Assembly: GCA_963758635.1 (NCBI GenBank)
Contig: CAVWWD010000007.1
Coordinates: forward strand, 1-64,000
Length of the DNA stretch: 64,000 nucleotides
Source of the DNA: an uncultured Candidatus Rokubacteria bacterium
GTDB taxonomy: Bacteria; Methylomirabilota; Methylomirabilia; Rokubacteriales; CSP1-6
Reading direction: 5' to 3'
Part shown: in pieces, positions 51,818 to 61,003 of the stretch
Layout of the letters: the number at the start of each line of letters is the position of its first letter
Position numbering within the stretch: position 1 is the stretch's first letter
Program-made: the position numbers and the translations under genes
Notes under the pieces: model-generated
Told to the model about the DNA's origin: nothing
Databases searched by the model: none
The model's input: only the letters and a program-made list of their open reading frames with translations

Positions 51818-54600
51818 ATGCCCATTCCGCTCGGCGCGCCGTTCCGTCCCGGTCTCGATCCGCTCCCCGACACGCAGCACGCGTGGGCCGTCGTGAAGGA
51901 CCAGTGGGGGCGGCCCGCGCACGCCGATCCGCGCGACGGGCTCCGGCAGATCGAGATACCGGTGCCCGAGATCGGCCCCAACGAGGCGCTCGGCTACGTG
52001 CTGCACGCCGGCCTCACGTACAACACGATCTTCGCCGCGCGCGGCGTGCCCATCTCCGTGTTCGACCTGCACGACCGCGACCTGCACGTGCCGGGCAGCG
52101 GGGCGGTGGTGCTGCTCGCCGCGATCGGGCGCGAGGTGGCGCGCGAGGGCCGGCTGCGCGTGGGCGAGCTCTACGTGCTCTACCCGGGCGTGTCGAACCT
52201 GCTCTCGCCGCGGGCCGGCGAGGATCCGATGCACGCCGACTTCAAGATCCAGGGTTACGAGACGCCCGACGGCTCCTTCTGCCAGTTCGTGCGGGGCCAG
52301 GCGCCGCAGCTCCTGGCGCACTCACGGCGGCTGACCCTCGCCGAGGGCTCGTCGTACATGCTCGACCTGGAGACGGTGTACAAGGCGCTCTACGACGTGG
52401 CGCAGCTCGAGACCGACGAGCGCGTGTTCGTGGAGGGCGCGGCGGGGGGCACCGGGATCTACGCGGTGGCGTGCGCCGCCCTCCGCGGCGCCCACGTGAC
52501 GGGCCTCGTCTCGACCGAGGAGAAGGGGCGGCTGGTCCTCTCGCGCGGCGGCCACACGTACGTCAACCGCAAGGCCGCGGACATGACGGGCGTGTTCACC
52601 CCGGTGCCGGCCGGCTCCGCTTCGCGCGCGGCGTGGAGCGCGGCGGGCGCCGCCTTCAAGGCCATGGTGCGTGAGCGGAACCAGGGGGCGCTCATGAACG
52701 TGGTGGTGTCCTCGGTCGGCCGCGACCTCTTCGGCCGCATGGTCGATCTGCTCGTGCCGGGCGGGCGCCTGGTGTTCTACGGCGCCACCACCGGCTACAC
52801 CCTGGCCTTCCTCGGCAAGCCCGGCGCCGCGCCGGCGCGGGAGATGCTGCGTCGCGCGCGTCTCAGGCCCAACGAGGGCGTGCTCGTCCACTACGGGCTC
52901 GGCGACGGGCTCGAGGACGAGGCGGGCGCCGAGGCGATCGAGGCCGCGCTGCGGGCGGGCGCGCGGGTCGTGGTGGCCGCGCGGCTGGACGCCCAGGCGA
53001 CGCACGTGCAGTCCACGCACCGCGTGCACGGCGTGGTGAGCCTCGAGACGCTCGACCGGGCCGGCGGCTTTCGCTGGCCCGAGGCCATGCCCGACTACGA
53101 CACCGATCGCGCGGGCTACCGCGAGTACCAGGACCTCACGCTCAAGCCGTTCGGCCAGGCGGTGGGCCGGCTCCTCGCCACGGCCGACAACCCCCGCGGC
53201 AACCCCGACGTGGTCGTCGAGCGGGCGGGCCGGGACACGCTCGGCGTCAGCACGTTCCTGGCGCGGCCGTTCACCGGCCGCGTGGTCTACGTCGAGGTGA
53301 CGCGCGACCGGCGCTTCTCGTTCTACGCGCCCAACGTGTGGATGCACGAGAAGCGCGTCCTGTTCCCGACGTTCTCGATCCTCGGCTCCCACCTGTCCAA
53401 CGCCCATCAGGCCGAGGAGGTCGTGCGGCTGATCGACGCGGGCGCGCTCGCCATCCATCCGCCCGTCGTGCGCGGCTGGGACGACCTCGCGGAGCAGCAT
53501 CAGCTCATGCACGAGAACCGCCACGCCGGCACCACCACCATCCGCGTGGGGGCCGGCCCCGCCCTCGACGGCGCGCGCACGCGCGCGCGAAGTCTACGAG
53601 GCGTGGGGCTCGCGCTTCGCCGACGGCCGCGACCGTCCGCCTGCGGCTGGATCCGGTGGCGCCGGGGCGGGAGGAGCGGGTCGCGCTCGTCACGATCGAC
53701 TCGCCTCCGGCCAACGCCATCGGCCTCACGGTGCTCGAAGAGCTCGAGCGGGTGGTCGAGACCCTGGAGAGCGACACGACGGTGCGCGCGGCGGTGCTCA
53801 CCGGCGGCGGCACGATGTTCGTGGCCGGCGCCGACATCCGCCAGCTGCGCGCCTTCGCGACGCCGGACGACGTCGAGGCCTTCACCAGCTCGCGTGCAGC
53901 GTCTCTTCACGCGCGTCGGTCGACTGCGGGCGCCCGTGATCGCCGCCGTGGACGGCTATGCGCTGGGCGGCGGCAACGAGCTCCAGATGGCCTGCGCGTA
54001 TCGCGTGGCAGGGGAGCGCGCGGAGCTTGGTCAGCCCGAGATCAACCTTCACGTGCTGCCCGGCTTCGGCGGCACCCAGATGCTGCCCCGGCTCGTGCTG
54101 CGCAGGAATGTGCGGTGAGCGGTCGGGCGGGCGAGACGGGCTGGTCGAGGCGCTCGCGATGCTCCTGGACGGGCGGCGTCGCACGGCATCGGCCGCGCTC
54201 GCCCTCGGGCTGGTCGACGAGGTGGCCCCGGCCGATGCCCTGTCACACGCCTTGTCAATCGCGCGCCGTGTCGCGCTGGGAGAGTTTCAGGGTACCCTGT
54301 GGTCGCCGCTGGCGGCCGGCGCGGAGATGGACACCGGGGCCGGGCGGGAGGGGTGGGAGGCGGCTCAGACTTACCCGCGCATCGGACGGATCCTGCGCCC
54401 ACCATGGCACCATCGACCGGCTGGCTCCAGCCGGGGCCACGCTGGAGGCGGTCCGGACTGGCTTGTTCGAGGGGGTCGGGGCTGGCCTCGCCCGGGAGGC
54501 TCGCCTCTTCGGCGCGATGGTGGCCTCCGCGGAGGGTAGGGAGGGGATCGACCGCTTCCTGTCCCGCCAGTCCTGGGCGCTACCCCTCCGCGAGGGCTGA
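51818..54600 (+). CDS. Pcs-like enoyl-CoA (carboxylase/)reductase fused to a C-terminal enoyl-CoA hydratase (frameshifts near 53590, 53630, 53890, 54115, 54400)
   Basis: MDR domain with [43 protein letters not shown]; then crotonase motifs [39 protein letters not shown]. Confidence 0.8.
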
Positions 54601-54608
54601 CGGTCGTC

Positions 54609-54692
54609 GTCGGGGATCTTTACGATTCCTGGCCGGGAGCCGGGCTGATCAAGGGTAAGTAGTTGAAAAAGCGTCCTGGCATGCGTCGTGCT
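54609..54692 (+). promoter_or_regulatory. Enhancer + IHF-like site + sigma54 promoter
   Basis: GTCGGGGATCTTTAC (54609), TAAGTAGTTGA (54656), TGGCATGCGTCGTGCT (54677-54692, GG-N10-GC). Confidence 0.7.
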
Positions 54693-54785
54693 CTAGTGGG
54701 AAATGCCGCTGCACGAGGCCAGTATTCGTGTGATACTCACTAGCGGTCTATATCTCCGTGGTTTCGGTCTAGGCAAGGAGCCTGT

Positions 54786-55013
54786 ATGAGCGAGAACCGG
54801 CCTGACGAAGTTCAGTCGCCTCTGGAGCACAGCGATCCGATCGAGCAGGCCCCGGAGCAGCTCCAGCGGGAGATGAATCGACGCAAGCTGCTGAAGGTGG
54901 CCCTTGCGGCGCCGCCCGTGATGTGGACTCTTCGCGCGCGGCCCGCGTCGGCCGATCACGCCCTGGGCACTCCAAGCGGAGCACTTTCGGGGAACCTGTC
55001 GAACCATCCGTAG
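54786..55013 (+). CDS. Small peptide, putative precursor/substrate of the downstream enzymes
   Basis: 75 aa, AAGGAG RBS; acidic N-terminus, NRRKLLK, AAPPVMWTL, ASA|DHALGTPSGALSGNLSNHP. Confidence 0.7.
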   Translation: MSENRPDEVQSPLEHSDPIEQAPEQLQREMNRRKLLKVALAAPPVMWTLRARPASADHALGTPSGALSGNLSNHP

Positions 55014-55049
55014 GCTCTGGAGGGCCCCGCGTCTCACGCCTCCCGCTGA

Positions 55050-55346
55050 ATGGACACCCCTCCGAGCGCCGTATGGCAGGTCTCGGAGGGGTGTCAGTTC
55101 GTCTGGCAACTGTGGGATGATGAATACGTCGTGTTCGACCACGGCTCCGGCAGCACGCACTTCCTCGATCTGATCGCAGGCGAGGCCCTTCAGACCCTCG
55201 TCCAGTCCCCTTCGGACGTTCCCGGGCTCACCTACCGTATGGCGTCACGGATGGGTATCGAGTCCGACTCCGCCCTCGAGCAACGCATCCGAGACACGCT
55301 GGACCGCTTTCGCGAGGCCGGGCTGGTCGAGCCGTCTCTGACGTGA
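55050..55346 (+). CDS. PqqD/RRE family peptide chaperone (HPr-rel-A system type)
   Basis: 98 aa; WDDEYVVFDHGSGSTHFLD...L..AGLVE winged-helix pattern. Confidence 0.85.
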   Translation: MDTPPSAVWQVSEGCQFVWQLWDDEYVVFDHGSGSTHFLDLIAGEALQTLVQSPSDVPGLTYRMASRMGIESDSALEQRIRDTLDRFREAGLVEPSLT

Positions 55347-56279
55347 CGGCCGGCGAGATCTCCGCCGCCGAGTTCACCGAGCGGCTGGCGCACCCCGGGA
55401 TCACCCTCGACACCGGGGCCTTCTCGATCCAGCTTCAGGCCTCCGCCATCGATGGGCTCGGCCAGGATCTCCACTTCCTGTACGCCGACTGCCCGATCGT
55501 CCCCGATGGCGAGATCGTGGATTTCCGTGTTGCCCTCCGGCGGCCGTCGGGCCTTCGCCGGTGGTGGCGGCCCCAGGTCCGGATCCTCTTCGACGGGGCG
55601 AGCCTGGTCGAGCCGATGCCGCTGGCCGTGGCGCTCCCGGCGCTCGAGTGGGGCCTGAACTGGGCCATCGCCGCCCATGCCCACCACCACGTGATGATCC
55701 ACGCCGCCGTGCTCGAGCGGGACGGCCGCGCGGTGGTGCTGCCCGGCACTCCGGGGGCGGGCAAGAGCACGCTCTGCGCCGGGGCTCGCCCACCGGGGCT
55801 GGCGGCTCCTCTCCGACGAGTTCGCGCTGCTGCGCCCGGCCGACGGTCTTCTCGTGCCCTGGCCCCGGCCGATCAGCCTCAAGAACGTCTCGATCGACGT
55901 CATCAGGGCGTTCGCCCCCGACGCCCGCCTGGGGCGGAGCGTCCCCGACACCTCCAAGGGCACCGTCGCGCTTCTCCGGCCGCCGCCCGAGAGCCGCCGG
56001 CGCATGCGGGAGACCGCCGAGCCGGCGTGGCTCGTGTTCCCCGGCTATCGTGCGGGTGAGCCCGCCCGGCTCACCGCGTTGCCGCGCGCGCGCGCGTTCC
56101 ACCGTCTCGCGGAGATGTCGTTCAACTACGCCATGCTCGGCGCGCCTGGGTTCGAGACGTTGCGCCGCATGGTCGGCGCCTGCGACACCTTCGAGTTCAC
56201 CTACGGAGAGCTCAAGGAAGCGGTGGAGCTCTTCGGGGCGCTGGCGCCGCCGCGCTCGACGCGTGTCGAGGGAGCCTAG
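55343..56279 (+). CDS. HprK-related kinase A (frameshift near 55787)
   Basis: LEWGLNW, IHAAVLE, Walker A GTPGAGKST, RLLSDE, PRPISLKN, TSKG, SFNY. Confidence 0.88.
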
Positions 56280-57339
56280 CGCGCCGCTGCTCTTCCAGGC
56301 GCTCGGTGACCCCGGGCGTCTGCCCCGCCTGTCCGTCCCGGAGTGGGACCGTCTCCTCCGCGAGGCTCGCCGCGCCAATGCCCTGGCGCGCATCGAGGCC
56401 CTGGTCGCGGACCGCGGCGCGAGTGACCGCATCCCCGAGCGGGCGCGCCAGGCGCTCGAAGGGGCCCGCCTCGTCGTGGATCAGCAACACCGCCTCGTGC
56501 GCTGGGAGGTGACGCGGATCCGACGCGCGCTGGATGGGCTCGACGTGCGGCTCGTGCTGCTCAAGGGCGCGGCCTACGTCCACGCCGGCCTGCCGCCCGC
56601 CCGCGGCCGCACGTTCAACGATGTGGACGTCATGGTGCCGGAGGATCGGCTGCCCCTGGTGGAGGCCCGCCTCCGCGCCGCGGGCTGGACCACGCTGACC
56701 CTGGACCCGTACGACGACCGCTACTACCGCGCGTGGTCCCACGAGCTGCCGCCGATGCACCATCCGGCGCGGGGGATCGTGGTGGACGTGCACCACAACA
56801 TCCTGCCGCCGGTGGGCCGCGTGAACGCGGACGCGCGCCCGCTCCTGGAGGCGGCCGCGACGATCGCGCCCGGCCTCGCCGTGCTGGCGCCCGCGGACAT
56901 GGTGCTTCACACCGCGGTGCACCTGTTCCAGTCCGGCGAGCTCCATTCCGCGGTGCGGGATCTCACCGACCTGGACGCGCTGCTGCGCCACTTCGGCCGC
57001 GACCCGGGCTTCCCGGACGCCGTGGTGGCTCGCGGGCGCGCGCTCGGCCTGGGCCGGCCGCTCTACTACTCGCTGCGGCTCGCGCGGCGGCTCCTGGGCA
57101 CGCCCCTTCCGGCGGGGATCGAGGAGCGGGCGGGAGCGCCGTCGGCCCCGGTGCGCGCGGTCATGGACGGTCTGGTGGCGCGGGCCCTCGTGCCGCGGCT
57201 GCACGGCGAGACTCCGCGGGGCGCGGGACTGTCGCGGTGGCTCCTCTACACCCGATACCACTGGCAGCGCATGCCGGCGTGGATGCTGGCACGGCACCTC
57301 ATGCACAAGGCCATGCCGCGCCCGCGGCCGGTCAAGTGA
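56263..57339 (+). CDS. Nucleotidyltransferase family protein (NTP_transf_5-like)
   Basis: LLKGAAY, R.FNDVDVMV, YYRAWSHELPP, VDVHH, DL.D. Confidence 0.88.
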   Translation: MSREPSAPLLFQALGDPGRLPRLSVPEWDRLLREARRANALARIEALVADRGASDRIPERARQALEGARLVVDQQHRLVRWEVTRIRRALDGLDVRLVLLKGAAYVHAGLPPARGRTFNDVDVMVPEDRLPLVEARLRAAGWTTLTLDPYDDRYYRAWSHELPPMHHPARGIVVDVHHNILPPVGRVNADARPLLEAAATIAPGLAVLAPADMVLHTAVHLFQSGELHSAVRDLTDLDALLRHFGRDPGFPDAVVARGRALGLGRPLYYSLRLARRLLGTPLPAGIEERAGAPSAPVRAVMDGLVARALVPRLHGETPRGAGLSRWLLYTRYHWQRMPAWMLARHLMHKAMPRPRPVK

Positions 57340-57345
57340 CGTCGC

Positions 57346-58596
57346 TCACGCCAGTGACGGTCGGCCCGGCTGGCGTGGCAGCAGCCACGTGAGCAGCCCC
57401 AGCAAGAGCAGGAACGGCGTCACGCGATAGACGGTGGCGATGCTGGTGAGGTCGGCCAGCCAGCCCAGCCCCGCCGCGCCGAGACCGCCGAGCCCGAACG
57501 AGAGCCCATAGAACACGCCGGCGGCGAGACCGACGCGGCCGGGCAGGAGCTCCTGCGCGTACACCAGGATGGCGGAGAACGCCGAGGCCATGATCATGGC
57601 GATGAGCACCGCGAGCACGCCCGTCCAGAACAGGTTCGCGTGGGGAAGGATGAGCGCGAAGGGGAGCGGGCCCAGGATGGAGAACCACATGACGGGAATG
57701 CGACCGACGCGGTCGCCGACGGCCCCGCCGGCAATGGTGCCCGCCACGATCCCCACGAGGAACGCGAACAGGTAGAGCTGCGCCGTCTGCACGGACAGGT
57801 GGAACTTGTCGATCAGGTAGAGGGTGAAGTATGAGCCCAGGCTGGCGCTGTACACGTTCTTGGAGAAGAGCAGCGCGATGAGGATGGCCATGGCCATGAC
57901 CACCTTGCCGCGGGGCAGGTCGCCGTCGCGCGGAGCGCGGCGTGCCGCCCGGCTCGAGGGGGCGGGGGCCGGATGGCGCGCGTACCAGCCGCCGACCTGC
58001 ACCAGGACCACGGCGGCCACGAGGGCGGCGGCGGCGAACCAGCCGATGGTCGACTGGCCGTGCGGCACCACCACGAAGGCGGCGAGCAGCGGGCCGGATG
58101 CGGAGCCGATGTTGCCGCCGGCCTGGAACAGCGACTGGGCGAGGCCGTAGCGCCCCCCCGCCGCCATGCGGGCCACGCGCGAGGCCTCGGGATGGAACAC
58201 CGCCGAACCTACGCCGAGCAGCGCCGCGGCGACGAGGATCGCGGGATACGACGAGGCGCCGGCCATGAGGAGCAGGCCCGCGAGCGTGAAGCCGACGCCC
58301 GCGGTGAGGGAATACGGCTGCGGGTGGCGGTCGGTGTAGATACCGACCACGGGCTGGAGCATGGAGGCCGTGCAGTGCACGGTGAGGCTGATCAGCCCGA
58401 TCTGCGTGAAGCTGAGGTCGTAGGACGCCTTGAGGATGGGATACAGCGCGGGCACGAGCGACTGCATCATGTCGTTCAGCAGGTGGCAGAAGCTCAGCGA
58501 CAGGATGACGGAGAAGGTCGTGACCTGGACGCCGGCGCGGGCCGCGCCGGCGCCGGTGTGGGTCGCGGAAGGGGACGCCAGCGTCCCGTTGCTCAT
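57346..58596 (-). CDS. MFS transporter, Fsr (fosmidomycin-resistance)-like
   Basis: HLLNDMMQS, LQPVVG..TDR, GSAVFHPEASRVARMA, QSLFQAGGN. Confidence 0.9.
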   Translation of the reverse strand: MSNGTLASPSATHTGAGAARAGVQVTTFSVILSLSFCHLLNDMMQSLVPALYPILKASYDLSFTQIGLISLTVHCTASMLQPVVGIYTDRHPQPYSLTAGVGFTLAGLLLMAGASSYPAILVAAALLGVGSAVFHPEASRVARMAAGGRYGLAQSLFQAGGNIGSASGPLLAAFVVVPHGQSTIGWFAAAALVAAVVLVQVGGWYARHPAPAPSSRAARRAPRDGDLPRGKVVMAMAILIALLFSKNVYSASLGSYFTLYLIDKFHLSVQTAQLYLFAFLVGIVAGTIAGGAVGDRVGRIPVMWFSILGPLPFALILPHANLFWTGVLAVLIAMIMASAFSAILVYAQELLPGRVGLAAGVFYGLSFGLGGLGAAGLGWLADLTSIATVYRVTPFLLLLGLLTWLLPRQPGRPSLA

Positions 58597-59510
58597 CGGA
58601 GGGCCTCTCGCGAGAGGTCGAGCGCGCGCTCGGCCAGGGTGACCAGCATGCGCCACGCGGCTTCGTGGTTCTTCGTGGCCTCGGCGTCGTCGGTGTAGGT
58701 GTCGAGCAGCACGTAGCGGGCGCCCAGGCCTTCCAGGTCGGCCAGGTCGCGCCGGACCTGGTCGAGCGTGCCCTCGCCGGCGATCCGCTGATCGTCGGGC
58801 ATCGGCGACTCGGTGAGCCGCAGGCGGATGCGCGGGCACAGCGCGGGAACGGGTCGGGCCTCGCGCTCGGCCATGGCGGAGAGGCGCGGCAGCCCCTCGT
58901 CGCGCAGCCAGCCGATGCGGATCCGGATGGGATGCCAGGCGTCGCCGTGGCGCACCGCGCGGCGGAGCGCGGCATCGCTCGCGCCGCCGACCCACACGGG
59001 CGGATGCGGCGATCGGAGCGGCCGCGGCCCGCCCCGTACGTCCTTGAACGCGACGAAGTGCCCGTCGTGCGAGGCCACGTCCTGCGTCCACAGGGTCTTG
59101 ATGGCGTCGAGGTAGTCGTCGGTGATGGCGCCGCGCCGCTCGAACGGCACGCCGAGCGCGGCGAACTCCTGGCGGGCCCAGCCCACGCCCACGCCGAAGA
59201 TGAAGCGCCCGCCCGACAGGCGGTCCACGTTCGCCGCCATCCGGGCGGTCTCGACCGGATGCCGGTACGGCAGCACGATGACGGTGGTGCCGATCTCCAC
59301 GCGCCTGGTGATGCCGGCCAGCCAGCCCAGCGTGGTGAACGGGTCGTAGACGGGCGCGGGGTAGCGGGCGTGCACGTCCGGCGTGACGGCCACGTGGTCC
59401 GAGATCATCAGGAAGTGGTAGCCGAGCGTCTCGGACAGCGCGGCCCAGCGGGCGAGCGCCTCAGGACTCACGCCGGGCCCGAAGTTGAGCAGGTTGACAC
59501 CGATCTTCAT
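58593..59510 (-). CDS. LLM class (probably F420-dependent) oxidoreductase
   Basis: MKIGV, SDHV, DPF, VLPYRHP, DRLSGGRFIFGVGVGW. Confidence 0.9.
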   Translation of the reverse strand: MKIGVNLLNFGPGVSPEALARWAALSETLGYHFLMISDHVAVTPDVHARYPAPVYDPFTTLGWLAGITRRVEIGTTVIVLPYRHPVETARMAANVDRLSGGRFIFGVGVGWARQEFAALGVPFERRGAITDDYLDAIKTLWTQDVASHDGHFVAFKDVRGGPRPLRSPHPPVWVGGASDAALRRAVRHGDAWHPIRIRIGWLRDEGLPRLSAMAEREARPVPALCPRIRLRLTESPMPDDQRIAGEGTLDQVRRDLADLEGLGARYVLLDTYTDDAEATKNHEAAWRMLVTLAERALDLSREALR

Positions 59511-59539
59511 CGCCCGCCCATTCTGACACGATCGCGACG

Positions 59540-59940
59540 CGCCGGGCGGACTCCGGATCTCGGGATCCCCCCGCTCGAGGCTCTCCGGCGCCTCGCCGCC
59601 TCCGAGCGCGTGTCGTCTCTGGTGGTGATGCTGGCCGCTCTCGACGTGGTGCTGCTCCGGCTGACCGGAGGGGACAACGTCATCGTCGGGTCGCTGGCCG
59701 CTGACGTCGGGGCAGGGGAAGAGGGCCGGGCCGTCGGCGTCGTCGGCGCTCCGCACCGACGCGGGGGGAGATCCGGACCTCAGGAGCTTCCTGGCGCGGG
59801 TGGCCGAGAGCGTGGCGGACGCAAGCGCCAACCGCGGCCTGCCCTTCCTGCACGTGGACGTGTGGGGGCGCGTCTGCCTCGCCGGCGCGCCGGCGGAGGA
59901 AGAGACGGGGCGCTTGCGGACGCACGTCACGCTCGCGTGA
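59540..59940 (+). pseudogene. Degenerate NRPS condensation-domain fragment
   Basis: LRRLAASERVSSLVVMLAALDVVLLRLTGGDNVIVGS, then frameshifted LRTDAGGDPDLRSFLARV...NRGLPF. Confidence 0.55.
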
Positions 59941-60010
59941 CGGCGGGAAGGGAGGCATCCGATTGCGCGCGAAGTTGCCCGCGACGGGCCGACCCCGGAG
60001 TTGAACGGCG

Positions 60011-60457
60011 TCACGACCGTTCGACGGGCTCGACGACCACCAGACCAGGCAGATGACCGGCGATCCGGTGGAACTCGTCGCTGTTCCCCGTGACGACAGC
60101 GGCCCCAATTCGCCAGGCCGTGAGAGCAATGAGCAGATCGTTCAGTGGACCCAGGCGGTCGTGGATCGCGAGACGCGTCGAGTACAGCTCCCGGAAGAGA
60201 GCGCCGGCGCGCTCGAACAGAGCGGCCGTCGGGGGCACGACGCGCTCCGCGGGAAAGGCGGCCTTGAGGCGGTCCACGGCACGTCGGCGTCGAAGGGTAT
60301 CCGCGCCGACGCGGAGCTCCATCAGGACCACGGCCGAGAGGAACCGGATTCTCGATTCGCGGCCACCCCACACCCACGCCTCGTGACGACCCGAGCGCAG
60401 GTAGTCGATGAACACGTTGGTGTCGAGAAGGATCCGCCCTGTCACGAGTAGGGCCAC
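60011..60457 (-). CDS. vapC: PIN/VapC toxin
   Basis: LLDTNVFID, SAVVLMEL, NDLLIALTA, VTGN..EF. Confidence 0.9.
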   Translation of the reverse strand: MALLVTGRILLDTNVFIDYLRSGRHEAWVWGGRESRIRFLSAVVLMELRVGADTLRRRRAVDRLKAAFPAERVVPPTAALFERAGALFRELYSTRLAIHDRLGPLNDLLIALTAWRIGAAVVTGNSDEFHRIAGHLPGLVVVEPVERS

Positions 60458-60648
60458 GGGCGATCGTCTCCGCGGAGCGCCGCCCGAAGCCCCTTGAGTC
60501 GGCGAACGATGCGCGTCTCCTGCATGAGGAGTCCCAGGGCTCGATCGATCGCGTCCTGCTCCGAGGTGACGCCGAAATATCGCTTGGCAAAGTCGATCTT
60601 CTGCTGATCGAGCTTCAAGTGCTTGTGCCGCCTCATGGGCGCACCCAT
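60442..60648 (-). CDS. Putative antitoxin
   Basis: Small basic ORF (HKHLKLDQQKID.AKR.FG..SEQDAIDRAL) overlapping the toxin start; GGAGGAG RBS. Confidence 0.75.
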   Translation of the reverse strand: MGAPMRRHKHLKLDQQKIDFAKRYFGVTSEQDAIDRALGLLMQETRIVRRLKGLRAALRGDDRPWPYS

Positions 60649-60661
60649 GGCACGTCTCCTC

Positions 60662-60686
60662 TCCATGTACACGGCGTGTACATGGA
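60662..60686. promoter_or_regulatory. TA operator palindrome
   Basis: Perfect TCCATGTACACG-G-CGTGTACATGGA upstream of the antitoxin. Confidence 0.7.
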
Positions 60687-61003
60687 CGCTAGCAACAGTC
60701 TGGCCGCCGGGTCAAGTGTCGACAGGAGGATACGTAGCCGCACGAGATCGGCCCGGGGGTTCGCATGCCCCTCGTGCCTACGTCGTGATCCGCGACAACG
60801 CCACCGGCAGCATCCCCTTCGCCGGCCGGCTGGCGGATCGGCGGAGCAGATGAACCCCTTGATGCGACCGGTCCATTGATACCGACCCTGCGCGGATACT
60901 CGTTACCCACCCGTGGACCGCCCCGCGACAGATCCACGAGTGATCCCGCGCGGCACGGCGTGGCACTGACATTGCACCCTTCGGGTGCAGCCAAGGTGTC
61001 ATC

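Noticed and set aside
54786..55013. Lasso peptide precursor
   Set aside because: No lasso cyclase or B2 protease nearby, and no acidic ring-forming residue at positions 7-9 of the likely core.
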